Translations under genes and position numbers: made by a program
Part shown: in pieces, positions 51,801-64,000 of the stretch
Position numbering within the stretch: the stretch's first letter is position 1
Layout of the letters: every line of letters begins with the position of its first letter
The notes under the pieces: generated by a model
The model's input: the letters and a program-made list of their open reading frames with translations, nothing else
Told to the model about the DNA's origin: nothing
The model's database searches: none
Source of the DNA: Spizellomyces punctatus DAOM BR117
Lineage: Eukaryota
DNA: 64,000 nt
Reading direction: 5' to 3' (one strand)
Assembly (NCBI GenBank): GCA_000182565.2
Contig: KQ257465.1

Positions 51801-52752
51801 ATTTGCTGTTTAAAGAGATTCACAGAAGATTTATTGGTACAGACACTAGAGCAGGGCATATTCGTGACTTCGTGACTTCACAGTCAGATAATCAGTGCCT
51901 GTGCCTGAGTAGAACTAATGATGTATGGTGAAAATATACACAGATGCGCTATATGCTTTTCTACTACGTCTAAATCTATGGTTATACTCTACGCACACTA
52001 TCTAATATAAGGTATTGGCGTTCTCTCATAATTGATGAGATTCTGCGTGTCAATATAAAGACCCAGTCTAAAAATTGTCGGTGCTATCCCATGACAGATT
52101 GCAATTGCCTTTGGCAGGCTTTGAACCAAAATCCATGAGTACGGCGCCATCGACGACTTTGTCGATGGGAGAACCAGAGTCGTCAGCGGTGGACTTTGTG
52201 GAGAACTTGAAAAAGCCTGCCTTTTTTGAATTCGTCCGCCAGATCTCAAAGTTGCAGTCTGCCGGGCGAAATGTTGGATCTTTGAATCTTCTGAAAGCCG
52301 TGTTGGGGATGTTGGAGTCCGAAGGAGCATCTTGTAATGCCGGACGTTGTATGTAAGATCCTTTGAGAAGGCGCCACGAGTATAACTAATATTCACGGTA
52401 TCTTACCAAGAACGTATATGCGTAAAGTATTGTCGGCTCTCACTTTGAAGTGCTCCTGGATAATCCAGAGAATGAATTTGACCGCGTAGGGATGGTCCCC
52501 GTCAACCCTACCGCCTCTCCATTTGCCAGTGATCACAAAAACATCGGCTACTCATGCAGATTAGTATTGCATCAGGCGGTAGTAGTCAAAAGCGTCCGAC
52601 AAGGTTCAACCTACCGTTTGTAAAACCAGAAACATCAGCTCTACTGCCGGTGTTTTTACTGCCGTGGTGAGCAACCTTCACCAAGTGCGAATCTCTCCCG
52701 GTTGTAAACCTTGCGAAACTTTGGGCAATCACATCACCTGTCAGAAGCAGTT

Positions 52753-53647
52753 TCACAGCTCCAAGATGAGGCTGGGTGACAATGCTGATATCTGACCGTT
52801 AAAAATAAAATGCAAATAGTAAGAATAGCTCCATTGACCCCGAGGCACAAACTTCAGCCTCTCACAATTTTTTAGAGGTGCCACGTCGAGTTTGCTATCC
52901 GGGAGCTCTCTCTCATCAAGAGCGACAAATGGGCTGCTTGAACATACGGGTGCAATTCCTAGGGGGGCATTTTCTGCCGGCATGCATTGTTCATCTGCAA
53001 CATAACTTGAGAAGGATCTTGTCACAAGGGGCTCTTGAGTCGTGACCCTATCAGGTCTAGTGCCTCCGAAAGACCGCCTCCCATATATGTCGGTAAGCTG
53101 ACGGGTCGGCGGCCACAAGACATCGGTACTTCCGGAAACTGCCAATCTAAAACTTTGACCAGGAGGTCGACCGCCGACATAACCAGGTGAAACTTGTAAA
53201 CCATTGTCGCTGGAGCGTTGCCACAGCTCAAACAAAATGGATGTGAAGGCATGGCCTTGCTTTCCTGCAGAGTCAGGATTGACCAATGCCATGCTGTCCA
53301 CCCACGGCTCGTTCGGAGGCGTGAGACCGGCAGCAGTAATGATATCCCTCCATTTTTTCTTTGTGTCAGGTAGTCGAAAAGTCTTTGCTTTGGGACCAAT
53401 GAGCGGAACTACGGAGTGGGCAAGGAAATTTACAGCCTTTGTGTAATCGTTCTGTCGGATGATGATGGCTTAGAGTCGGGAAGCTAACCATTCTAGAATC
53501 AGCGTCCATTCTACTTACATGCTCGGTCGCACTGACGATGGTTCTCGTTGATATATCCATGGGGTTATTCCAGGTCATTGGAGCTAAAGGCCGAACAATA
53601 ACAGATTCATTCAGCAGACTGTGGAGGTCGCTATCCTTTTCAGGACC
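52753..53647 (-). CDS. Coding exons of an orphan gene (possibly the 3' part of the 54019-57181 gene, or a decaying paralog)
   Basis: Open frame GPEKDSDLHSLLNESVIVRPLAPMTWNNPMD, a GTAAGT..ACAG intron near 53518-53452, then about 200 open codons NDYTKAVNFLAHSVV..DSMALVNPD.. Confidence 0.4.
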
Positions 53648-54018
53648 CTACCTTGAAGAGGGACCCAACGTCCCCTAGGTCCGAGATTGTCACCGCCAGA
53701 TCTGAGTACTTTCAAAAACGACGCAAAGTGATCTGAGACATATCTTGAGCAATTTGTGCGGTTGCTCCCAAACTCAGAAGACTACGTTACCTTCGTCATT
53801 GTGCGTAACCATAATCTGCAACGTATGGGGTCAATCGTATGTAAAATTGAGAGAATTCATGGCAAGCCGCAAATGGGACCATCCCATCCCCACCGTACCT
53901 CATCGAAATAGTAGTCCTTTTCGGTACCATCAATAACGATAGGTCCAAGCTGTTGCTTGAAGACCTCAGTTGATCTCGTGTGTGTTTTACCTCCGTCTAC
54001 CCAAATGCGACGTCTAAA

Positions 54019-57000
54019 TCAGAGCAAGAAGCGATGACAATACTTTCTATGAGACGGAGAACTACACAACTGCTCAAAAAAGGTTGTGGTAACTGACCTT
54101 TCCTTCAGCGTGCACGCGTTGGGATAGGCTTTGACATTAGTACTGCTCCATACGACTGGCACCCCATTTTGCATCAGGTTCTGACATTCATATCGGACAT
54201 GTTCTTGGACCATGGAATCAGCTTGTCCATCATTGACGACATACAGGTTGATCCACTCAACCTCTTGAGGCACTGGTCTTCTAGTGACAGTGACTGTCAC
54301 CCTAACGCACAACAACCCACGAAACCTCTTCAGAAACGGTTCTCCGTTTGGATCCTTGTCAGCGTCCTCGTAATCCTTGTCGGGATCATCTTCACCTGGG
54401 TCCTCTGGCGGATCGGGGCCGTCTTCAGGTGGGTCATCCGGATTGTCGGGGTCTACCGGGTCATCATCTTCAAAGTCTGAGCGAGATCGTCTGCCTCTGG
54501 TCGTGACTGCGTGTTTGACGCATCAGGACTGCAAAGAAAAAAAGTTTCGAAAGTAGGGGCTACCATGGTCTCTAACTTACGAATTTGATTCTGCTCATTT
54601 ACTCCTGTTGAAGGATTACCGTTCCAATAGCCATTGCTAGGGTTAAGGCCTGTCGCAGTCGCCCGACCCAAAAGGTCTTCAGCCACCGGGACCATATTGA
54701 TCCCGCGAGAGGCAGTGTATATGTTCATAGCAGCAAAGGCTGCAAGACCTTCAGGATTGTCCAGATATGCGCAACCCCGCACAACCTCGCGCTGGGCTGG
54801 TTTTGATTGCATGCATGAGCCTATCACCACATTTTCAATATAATCATCAAGCAAAACGTCTTGTACCTGTTAAACCTGCTGCCAGGTACTTTCTCAATTT
54901 GACAACGGCAGTATCAAAGTCTCCGACGTTGGTGTAATCGGATATCATGCTGTTAATAAGCTGAGGGAATACATCCACCACGCGCCGCAAACAGTTCCCC
55001 ATAACCATCAGCGCCAGGCCTACTTGTTTAATTGCAGCGTCCCAGCGGCCGCCTGTATCGCACGTATCCGAATTATACATCACTTTCAAAGTTTGAACAA
55101 TGTCACGGAATGTAACACCTACATAACGAAAAGATCAGTTTCAACAATGTCCTAATGACCCTTGATCTAATACCACCTACATACCGCCGGCAAACTCATC
55201 CGAAGCACCTATGGAGAAAGAGCGATATGAGCTCGGAAGAGGTGGGCCAGGTGGGAAGCGTGAAAACAATGTCATTACCCTTGCTATAAAACGTAGTTGC
55301 AGCGTCATTTCGCTCGATGGCAACCGAATCTGTCGTAGAAATGCGGCAAACGGCCTTGTTGGCATCGTCCTCATTGGGCATTACCGAAAATGCCGAGCAA
55401 CCCGGTGAGTGGACGCAAAGTTTGGCGCAATCCGACACGGACCCAAGAGGTTCCTCAAAGGAAGAAGCTGCCGCTAAACTTCCGGGAACCGGGTCCCGGA
55501 ACTTTAATGCCTCACAACAGCATCCTTCAGTAACTTTCCAGCACAGCGATGAACACCAAAGAAGTGGAAAATCCCCACAACCGCAACTCCCATCACGACC
55601 AATGTCGACGCATGAATTGCCATCTGAAAAAACTGGATAAACAAATCTGTCTGCGTACGCTAAGCGGAGCATGGAAACTCACGAACTCGGCGACCGTCGT
55701 GTGAGCAGGTATGACTAGCCCCAGTTGATTGAAAGCCGCACGAATCGGACCAGTACAGTAATAAGGAGCATTTAGGAGCTGGTTGATCGGTGGACCAGAC
55801 AACAAAATCCACTGGCAGCAGATCCCCTGACGGACCAAGTTCTATGATAAGAAATGCAATCAAGCAAGACAGCATAACATCATTCTTTTCCTATACCCGT
55901 TGATCGAAGTGTTTCAATCGGATGTCTGAAATCCTCTACAAACCAAGTAACAGTGCCCGCCAAGGTGAGAACAAAGCTAACCAAGTCGAATAATGAAGAT
56001 GTGTAGAAGCAGGGTTAATGCACCGACCGGAAGTGATGTCGCAGGAAAAATAGTTGATATGCAGCGCCGTTAAAATGATACTGAGAAGCACGGTCAAAAC
56101 CTCGACTATCAATCAGGATAACGGTGAACATAAAAATGGCAGGAGATAAGACGCAAAATTCTGTCGCAGTGCGATGAAATGTTCTATACACGAATAATAT
56201 CAAAAAGGAACAGCAAGACCTACCAAATATTTCCACAGCAGCAATTGGAATACCAACGGGACCAAGGACGACACCACCGATCCGCAACGCAGTAAAGACT
56301 ATCCTGGCGCCGCCCCTGATCACCGCTTTTAGGACGGCAAGGCCTATTCTCTGAAGTTTAGGCATTCTTGCTGGCGTCAACCTGCTTCGAGAGGGGCCGT
56401 CGAGGAGTTCATAGGGCCAGTTTGTCATTTCAAATGAGTCGGCACGCGCAATTAGCTCGTGCGTATGGGCGGCGATGACCGTACTCATCTCGATGGGCAT
56501 GAAATCGCGCTTGGTAAATTGGCTGGTATCGAAACAACTGCAAAGATCTTGGGCCTTCGCGGTGGAAAGACATTCCAGGGAACTCAAGATGCTGGCGTGT
56601 TTCATGCAAATGCTCAAAGCGGCTCGAAGCTCCAAATCACAGCTGGAAGGACCCAGTTCTTGAACCTTTCGGTCGATCAGATCGCAAGTGGCACCGTACA
56701 CGTCGTTGTTCTCGTCTCGCAGCTTGGCGTCTGCGGCCATACTACTAAGAGTCTCGTGTCGCAGGGTCCCAGTGTTGCCAACATGAACCATGATCTGCTC
56801 CACCAAGTCTTCGTCAGCAAAGTCGTGAAGGCCCACCGCACGCTTGATATGCACAAACTTGGGCACTTCTTCATTGTCGGCTTTTTTGCCGACACTTTTG
56901 TCGATGGAATTTATCATAGCCAAAATCTCCTCTCGATCCAATGAGCCATCGCCGTTGCCATCGTACGCTTGCAAGACCCTCAAGTAATTGTCTCTTCCGG

Positions 57001-57181
57001 ATTTATGCCTGTGACGTGTGATGGCACGATTGGCCAAATGGTTGACGAGATGGTCCGAAAGATCATACACAGGCTGCTGGGCTGTTGATTGCAGGATGGC
57101 GCCGCTGCTGAAAAGGCCCAACAGCAGCAGAAGCACTAGTCGCGGTGTTGAGTTCATTGCCCTCATCCGCATGCGACACAT
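54019..57181 (-). CDS. Large secreted orphan protein (signal peptide, EF-hand-like loop, PAN/apple-like domain, Asp/Pro-rich linker); may be disrupted
   Basis: Signal LVLLLLLGLFSSGAILQS, EF-like YDGNGDGSLDREE, PAN-like SVSDCAKLCVHSPGCSAFSV..CRI and DDDPVDPDNPDDPPEDGPDPPEDP. Most ORFs are joinable by GT-AG introns, but one junction near 54850 is not. Confidence 0.55.
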
Positions 57182-57916
57182 CCTTGTCGCTGTCGCAGAG
57201 ACTATGAGGACGTGACAGTGTCAGTTTGCACAATGAGCAGCCCTTTGCTAATCCTTGCTTGTATGAGCATTCCCCTCCATAAGGCCATCGTTAATCCCCG
57301 GCAAAATGGCACTGCAGTGCAAGCGTCATTATTCGTGGAGTGCATGCAATGCAAAAAAGGCTTGTGGTACAAGTGAGATCTTTCCTTTTGCAAACTTTGG
57401 AAGGATTTGAAATGGAAATGTAAAAGAGAAGAAGCATGCGGGGAGAAAAAAGCAAGCCACAAAGCCCAACATAAACAAAGCGGCTTTCCGGCTTGGCGAT
57501 CGAGTCCGCAAGACAAATTTTTGGTAAATTTGTTGCTTTCATTTCCCTGAATCCTGGTTCCCCGTGTCCCTGAATTATCGAACTCGTCCATTCTTCCGTG
57601 GCTTAAATTCTCAAGTAATATTCCACACACGTGGCTCCATGGGAAACAAAACGCTTGGTTATTCTCAGGGATCTTTCCACGTGATCTTCAAAGCCGCGCA
57701 CCTTCTTCATTCTTATTTCTTTACGATCAAAGCTGGTTCTATAAAAACGTCTATCTAGTATATCAAGTCTACAGATTATTACATTGGCCATTTGCAAACT
57801 CTGAGATGCGTCTGCTACTTAGAAGAATTTTGAGGTTATGGCATTCGTCATAAAAGAAAGAGGGTACATTTGATTAGTTCCAACATAAACAGGCATAGTG
57901 GCCGCGCACTTTGCAA

Positions 57917-60456
57917 TCAAGTGGGACGGGGAGAAGGAACAGGTGGCACCGTAACCTGAGGGGGCACAGTGGTCAAGTGTATAGCGGTTCTTGTAGTCGA
58001 CAGAGTATTCGTCGGTGTGATGCATTTTTGGGTATCCGCAGGAGCCCAGATACCTGCCGGCCCACAAAGAGCCGTTTGATTTCCTACCAAAGGCGAAGGA
58101 CAGGGGCCCGTGGCGTTCTGTCCCAGTGGCGTGCGCGGGAACACATCCGAGACGCAAGTCGACTCCTTGCTCCAAACACACTGCGACGTATCGACGGTAG
58201 TCCATTTGCCACTTGGAAGGCAGCGTGCCGTTTGATTGCCACTGAAGAGAACGGGACATGGAGCACTTGCGATTCCATTGAAAGGCGTTGCGGGAAACAC
58301 GTCAAATGCCGGGCATCCTATGCGATAGCACTGGGAGGTGTCGGGGGTAGCCCATATACCATCTGGATTACACCGAGCCGTCATGTTACCGGCAAAACCG
58401 TTTGAGCAAGATTGAGTTGCGTTCTGTGTGTAATTTTAGACCAAAGCATATGAGAAATAGCCATAATTGACAACTTTGTACAGTGGATCTGATAAACAGT
58501 ATCACGAGGAATAGTTTAGATACGTTACCTGTCCAGCCAGTTTACTCGTCCATCCTGCCGCTGTCGGGCAGACAACGATCGGAGGATTGCATGTGGATAC
58601 CACCTTTCCCCACAAGCCGTTCGATAGACACTCAGCGGTAACATTGCCGTTCGCATTACCATTTGCACAGGGTATCGTAGCACTTGCGTTAGCTGGGGTT
58701 GCAGTCCAGTTTCCAATATAATTCACCCCGTCTTGCGACATCATAGTGGCTGCGGAACACTTGATGTCCAAGGGCCACCCGCAGGCGCCAAAACCTTCCT
58801 GACACTGGGAAGGACTACAGTATTCGGACGACGCGGCGCACTGACCTGCCTTACCACAGCAGGCGGTTGGCCCACAGGAAGTCTGATTTACACTTGTGAA
58901 GCCGCAGACTGAAATGGTACCGTATTTAGCATAGGTAATGCGCGACGAGCAATCGGATCATCTGAGAAGATACCTGCGGTCTTGTCAAATGTCTGGGGGC
59001 CACAATCTCCGTAAATTGGATTACATGTGGTGCGATCACAAAAACTGCGGAAAGTCCCGCATTGGCCAATAGATGTATCACAGCACGTTCCTTTGGGACA
59101 TCTCCTATTTTCCGCAGTCGCGTAAGGACCACATTCTAAAACAAAAGTAATTAGCAACATGATTCTATGGTGTTTTCAAAGCCTAACGAACAGGTTGGCA
59201 GGCAAATGCTTACGATGATTCTGGTTGAAAAATTGAGTACATTGGCCTGGTCCAAAGCCTATCTGACATCCCGTGGGTGCGCCATTTTGGGAAGGCTTTT
59301 GTGGATCCGCTAGCATGCAATCAGCAAAGCCCAATCCACAAAGGCCCTGTCCGTTGCAGCAGCCGGTTGGACAAACAGCAAAGTTGGCAGAAGTAGCGCC
59401 ACATACTAAAATTGGCGCAATTGTGAGATTTACGTTCAAAGTTCGAGAAAAAAGAAAGCAAGTATATTGAGTGATAACACATAAAAGTTACTTACTAGCT
59501 TTTGGGTCGACAGTCCTGTGTGTACAAGGTCCATATCCGTAGCGGCAGTTGTCAGGACCGCAAAAGTCGGGACCTGAGCCGCAAAGTCCTTTCAAGCTGC
59601 AGCATTGACCATTCGGACATAACGGGGTGGCTGCCGCAGGCCCGCATTGTTCGGCTTGAGGCGATGCAGCGTAAGCATCAAAGGTCATCGAGGAGTTTGC
59701 CGGTTGCAGAGGAGGAACATAGGGCAGGTTGGGGATTGTGGGCAGGAGGATGGTTTCAACTGCATCTTGAACGGAATTTTCGCCGCAAATCCGAGTTCTG
59801 TAATACGTAAAGTGGGTAGTTAGAAAGTAGTAAATAAGCCATGAACCACAACAAACTACATGTAAGAGGTTGCCATACCTCAAAATGTATAACATCTGCT
59901 GGGCATTGGCATCGACCGGTTTCCTCAACAGGGTTGCGGCGAGGAAGCAACCACAAGCAAACTTTTTGTCCAGTACATCGAAAATGTTAGCCTTTGGATC
60001 GATTTTCGACAAGACATCTTTGACCTGCTTGACACAATTTGCACCGGACGCAGCGTCATTTGCACAGGGGAGTGCAGACGAAAGAACGAGATGGCGGAGG
60101 ATATAAGCAATGTTGGCAGTAGGACCCAGCATAAAATCCATGGGACAGTCCTTCTGGACCTGAAGGTTAAGGGCCTGTAAGGACTGCTGACAAGCGCCCT
60201 TGGGATCGCAGAAAGCCGCGCGTTCTGCGTCTTGATTCAATGAGGAGAGGTTTCCAAAAACAGCCGCGCGGCTGCACTGCAGCTGCATTCCCAGGGCGGC
60301 AGCGCAAGCAGGCGTGGGAACCTTGAACGCGGCGAGATCATTCGGAGTAAAGAGGGCAAAGGAAGACGGGATAGCAGCGATGGAAACGTCATTTGCTGCC
60401 GCCAATACGAAAGCTACGAGGACGGCGGCGGCCTGCCGTGCTGTGAAAAAAAGCAT
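57917..60456 (-). CDS. Secreted non-catalytic Cys-rich protein: N-terminal Cys domain + 4 hevein/CBM18-like + 4 HormR-like repeats + P/T tail
   Basis: Signal peptide; CAAALGMQLQC..FCDPKGACQQSL..LPCANDAASGANC; CG..CP..CC...G.CG units x4; C..W/FP.T......CP....G..TA.C...G.W...D.S.C units x4. Confidence 0.8.
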
Positions 60457-60582
60457 GGAGCAGCGACAGAAAGATGGACAGCTGTTGCTCGTGGCACTGA
60501 GAGCGAGAAGCTCCAGGCGACAATGCGAGGGAATATCCCGGAAGACAAACACGCTGCTCAACACGCTCGGCGGGGAAGCATT

Positions 60583-60752
60583 TCACATGATTGGATGCAG
60601 ATCTGCGCCTACAACAAGAACTAAATCGTGGAGAAAAAGTTTTGATCGGGGGGATTTGTCCCACGGACTCGGGCGGAATGGAATTCATCCATAAAAAAAG
60701 TTTTTTAGAATCATGGCTTGGCTTGCCTTCGTGCTTCAGTCACATGATTGGA
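60583..60752. promoter_or_regulatory. Duplicated 13-bp motif TCACATGATTGGA in a bidirectional promoter
   Basis: Exact copies at 60583-60595 and 60740-60752, each followed within 1-2 nt by GCAG. The motif contains an E-box (CACATG) abutting an inverted CCAAT. Confidence 0.55.
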
Positions 60753-60822
60753 AAGCAGTTGCTTGCAGGACGCTGTTCTTCCCAATTCCCTAGTGCTTGG
60801 GCCATTCCGGTTGCTGCCTACG

Positions 60823-63800
60823 ATGCGCATCCTGGCAGTATCCCTGGCTCTGTTGCTGGTGGTGGGCGGGACCACTGGGTCACCGTCTAGCACGAACTAC
60901 AACAAAACAAAGAACAAAGTGCACTTGTCAAAGAGATGCGCTGCAGGTCTCATCACTTGTGGAGAGGACTGTTTCGACCCGGCTTTGGGCGAATATCACT
61001 GTGTAAACGCTCCAGATGGAACACCTTTGTTGGTTCAAGGCCCCGGGTATAACCCCAACGATCGTAAGTGTCTCATGGGAGGGGAAAGGGTTTGGTCTGT
61101 GGGTTACCTTTCGTCCTCCTTCCGCCTTCCGACTGGTTCTCCCCTCAAAGTCACTAACTTATCCACATATCTTTACGCACAAAGCCGATGCTGAGATACT
61201 GCCCGCGGATATCACGGACATTGGAACTCCTACTGGCCAAACGAAGAAGATTACAATGACCAACAGATGTCCGCACAAAGTGTGGCCGGCTCTTCAGGGA
61301 AAATTCGGCGATCCTGTCCCGGCCGACGGAGGATTTGGAATGGGACCGGGTACGACTGTAACCGTTCACGTTCCATATAATTGGGAATCCGGACGGATCT
61401 GGCCGCGGACGGGCTGCAAGATCAACAATGGAAAAGTCTTTTGTGAAACAGGCACGTGCGGCATCAAAGAAAACGGCTACGGCGTGCAATGCAAGGGCAA
61501 TGGAGGAGTGCCGCCATACACCATCGTCGAATTTACTTTGCACGGGTACAAAAACCTTGATTACTACGACTTGTCTCAAGTAGATGGTCACAACATTGGA
61601 ATCGCTGTCGCAGTTGTGGGAGGTGATAAAATCAACGATCCCGATATGGTTGAGCCCAAATTTGACTGCGGAAACGCGGCGTGCAGGATGGACATTTCCA
61701 AATACTGTCCCCCCGAGTTGGCCTTTATGAGTAGTGACGGGAAAAGAATCGTGGCATGCGGGAGTATCCATAACGCTGTGGAAGACCTCGTCCAGAGGAC
61801 GTTGCATCCTGACCCTTTGAAGCCCCTCTTTGACGATCAAGTCAAGAGGTCGCTTGTTGGATGCACCTGTGACCCAACAGGAACTTACAACCACTGCTAC
61901 GCAAAGGTCGATAAGCGTCCTGAGGCCGAGGGGAAGCGATGCTATGTGGAGGACTGGCCTTCTGTCAAGGAGCCCGGCCCATGGCCTACCCGATACGACA
62001 AAGTCTTCAAAGACAGGTGTCCGCGTGAGTTCCTCGTGCACTTTGGGTGGCCATTCTGGATGTTCTTGGGAACATCGTCTGCCTTCCTTTACCTGTATTC
62101 ATACTTTTTGACAAATCATTGTAATCTTCAGTTGCTTATTCGTGGCAGTTTGACGACTTTTCCTCGACGTTCAATTGCCGAAACGCCGATTACCATATAA
62201 CATTCTGTCCAGCGGCCGAGTGCGGGAAGGAAGCAAATGGAAAGGAGTGTCCCAACAATGCATGCTGCTCTTCATTCGGGACCTGTGGAGTCACAGAGAC
62301 AGAATGCGGTGACGGGTGTCAGTCCAACTGTAACAGCTTGGACGATTTCCCTGGCCCTGGAACATGTGCGTCACCTCCTTTGACCATTGTTGTCGGGTAC
62401 TATAGCAATACGGCGTACGGACGAGGGGAAAACCTGCCCAACTGCAAAGGGACGTTGAAAGCGATGGCCCCGGAAGACCTCCGACCGACCGGTTTTACTC
62501 ATCTGAACTATGTAAGGTTACTTATTGATGTGGATTCCACAGAGCATAATCAGATCTGTGTGAGTCTCTCTCTGACAGACTCGTCTTCCACATTTAGGCA
62601 TTCGGTGCGATATCCGTTGACTTCAAGCTTACCACCACTCGAAACGAGGATGACGATCTCATCAAGAGGTTCAATGGACTCAAGAGTTCGAACGGGAACT
62701 TGAAGACCTTGTGGTCAATTGGTGGATGGGCCTTCAATAATCCAGGATCTGGGACGGAAACACGATTTTCCGACATGGTCTCGTCTCCGGCCAATCGAGC
62801 CACGCTCATTGGCGATATTGTGCGGACAATCCCTGGACGTGGATTCGACGGAATTGACTTTGTACGTTGATTCGTCCTGTCGTCAATGCTCATCACTCTC
62901 TACTGTCTTAACAGTGCCCCTTTCTTCTGCGTCTTGGAATTAATAGGACTGGGAGTATCCAGGCCCGGCGCGGGGTGGTAGGGATTCTGACCCCGCAAAC
63001 TTTGTGCAATTTCTCAAGGAACTCCGTCAGGCTTTTGACCGCAGCAATCTCAAACTGATCATTACTGTCACGGCTCCCCCAACTCAATTGAACCTTGCTG
63101 AATATGATCTGAAGACGTTAAAAGAAAATGTTGACTGGATCAACTTGATGACCTACGACTTTCATGGAGCCTCTCCCGCCGTTAACCAACCGGCGAATCC
63201 CGTCGACAATCGGCCACCACCCAATGCGTGGGGCAGCGAATCCTTGGGCGTCCAGCCGCACGCTAACAAATTTGATATCGACAATGCTCTGCGAGCGTAT
63301 CTCAAAGCCGGTGTTCCACGGGAAAAACTTGTCATGGGAATTGCGTTCTACGGTCGTTCGTACACGTTGATGCGTCCTGATTGCATCGACCCGGGATGTC
63401 CGTATTCCAGTGCCGGGAAACCGGGCGTGTGCACTAACGTCCCTGGGTTCATCAGTTACTCCGAGGTGCAGGCCCTCGATCGGACGCAAACTGCGGTAGA
63501 CAAAACTAGCATGAGCGCCGTAGCAAGTTCTGGTGATCAATGGATCTCGTAAGCAGACGATCTGATCGTTGTTCTAGATGTGGATTTAAGTTAACCAACT
63601 TTCACTAACTCACCATGCCGTCCTTTATAATATGCACCTCCGGCCTTTCACAGATATGAAAACCACGAAACAATTCAAGCAAAGATGGGCATCGCCGCCA
63701 AACAATGTCTCCCAGGTGTCGCCATTTGGTCTCTCGACCTCGATCCGGATGGTGTATTGCTTCTCTCTGTTACAGGCAATGCCAATACAGAGACTCCCAA

Positions 63801-63969
63801 TACAGGGTTTTGTACCGCTGACGGCCGCTGGAGAACGACCGCAGCTGGGCAGACGAGTTCCTACAATTGCCCATACGGAGAAGGATCGATAGTGCGACAC
63901 TGCGGCTCAGACGGCCGCTGGGGAGACGTGGTCAACAATTGTGCCGATGTCCATACTGGTGCGTGCTAG
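60823..63969 (+). CDS. Secreted thaumatin-like + CBM18 + GH18 chitinase fusion with C-terminal HormR-like module
   Basis: Signal peptide; thaumatin ([51 protein letters not shown]); CBM18 ([14 protein letters not shown]); GH18 ([26 protein letters not shown] across an intron, [32 protein letters not shown]). Confidence 0.9.
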
Positions 63970-64000
63970 CAAGGTGTGGGGCGCGGCTGCTTCTTTTCGT

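Noticed and set aside
1-64000. CRISPR arrays, tRNA/rRNA genes, intact transposases, prokaryotic operons
   Set aside because: None seen; the window is spliceosomal-intron-containing eukaryotic DNA.

Overview
Eukaryotic, intron-rich (mostly 50-70 nt GT-AG introns) fungal scaffold segment with two 100-N assembly gaps. The gene content (full-length NBAS, EXOG-type nuclease, rhodopsin-family GPCR, CBM18-rich proteins) suggests a chytrid or other early-diverging fungus (inference). About 22 protein genes can be supported. These include a spliced homolog of the bacterial organoarsenical exporter ArsJ, NBAS/Sec39, an F-box/WD40 protein, a HET-domain protein, a PQ-loop transporter, PP6/Sit4, a beta-propeller phytase, an opsin-like GPCR, ILV6, head-to-head RPL5/RPL14 genes with intronic ncRNAs, a BTB protein, EXOG, an F-box/ankyrin protein and a Stealth phosphotransferase. 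The most unusual locus is at the right end. A secreted thaumatin-CBM18-GH18 chitinase fusion and a secreted non-catalytic Cys-rich protein form a divergent pair that shares a HormR-like C-terminal module and a duplicated promoter motif. Next to them is a large secreted orphan gene. Together these resemble a killer-toxin-like antifungal module. All calls are from reading the sequence; no database searches were run.
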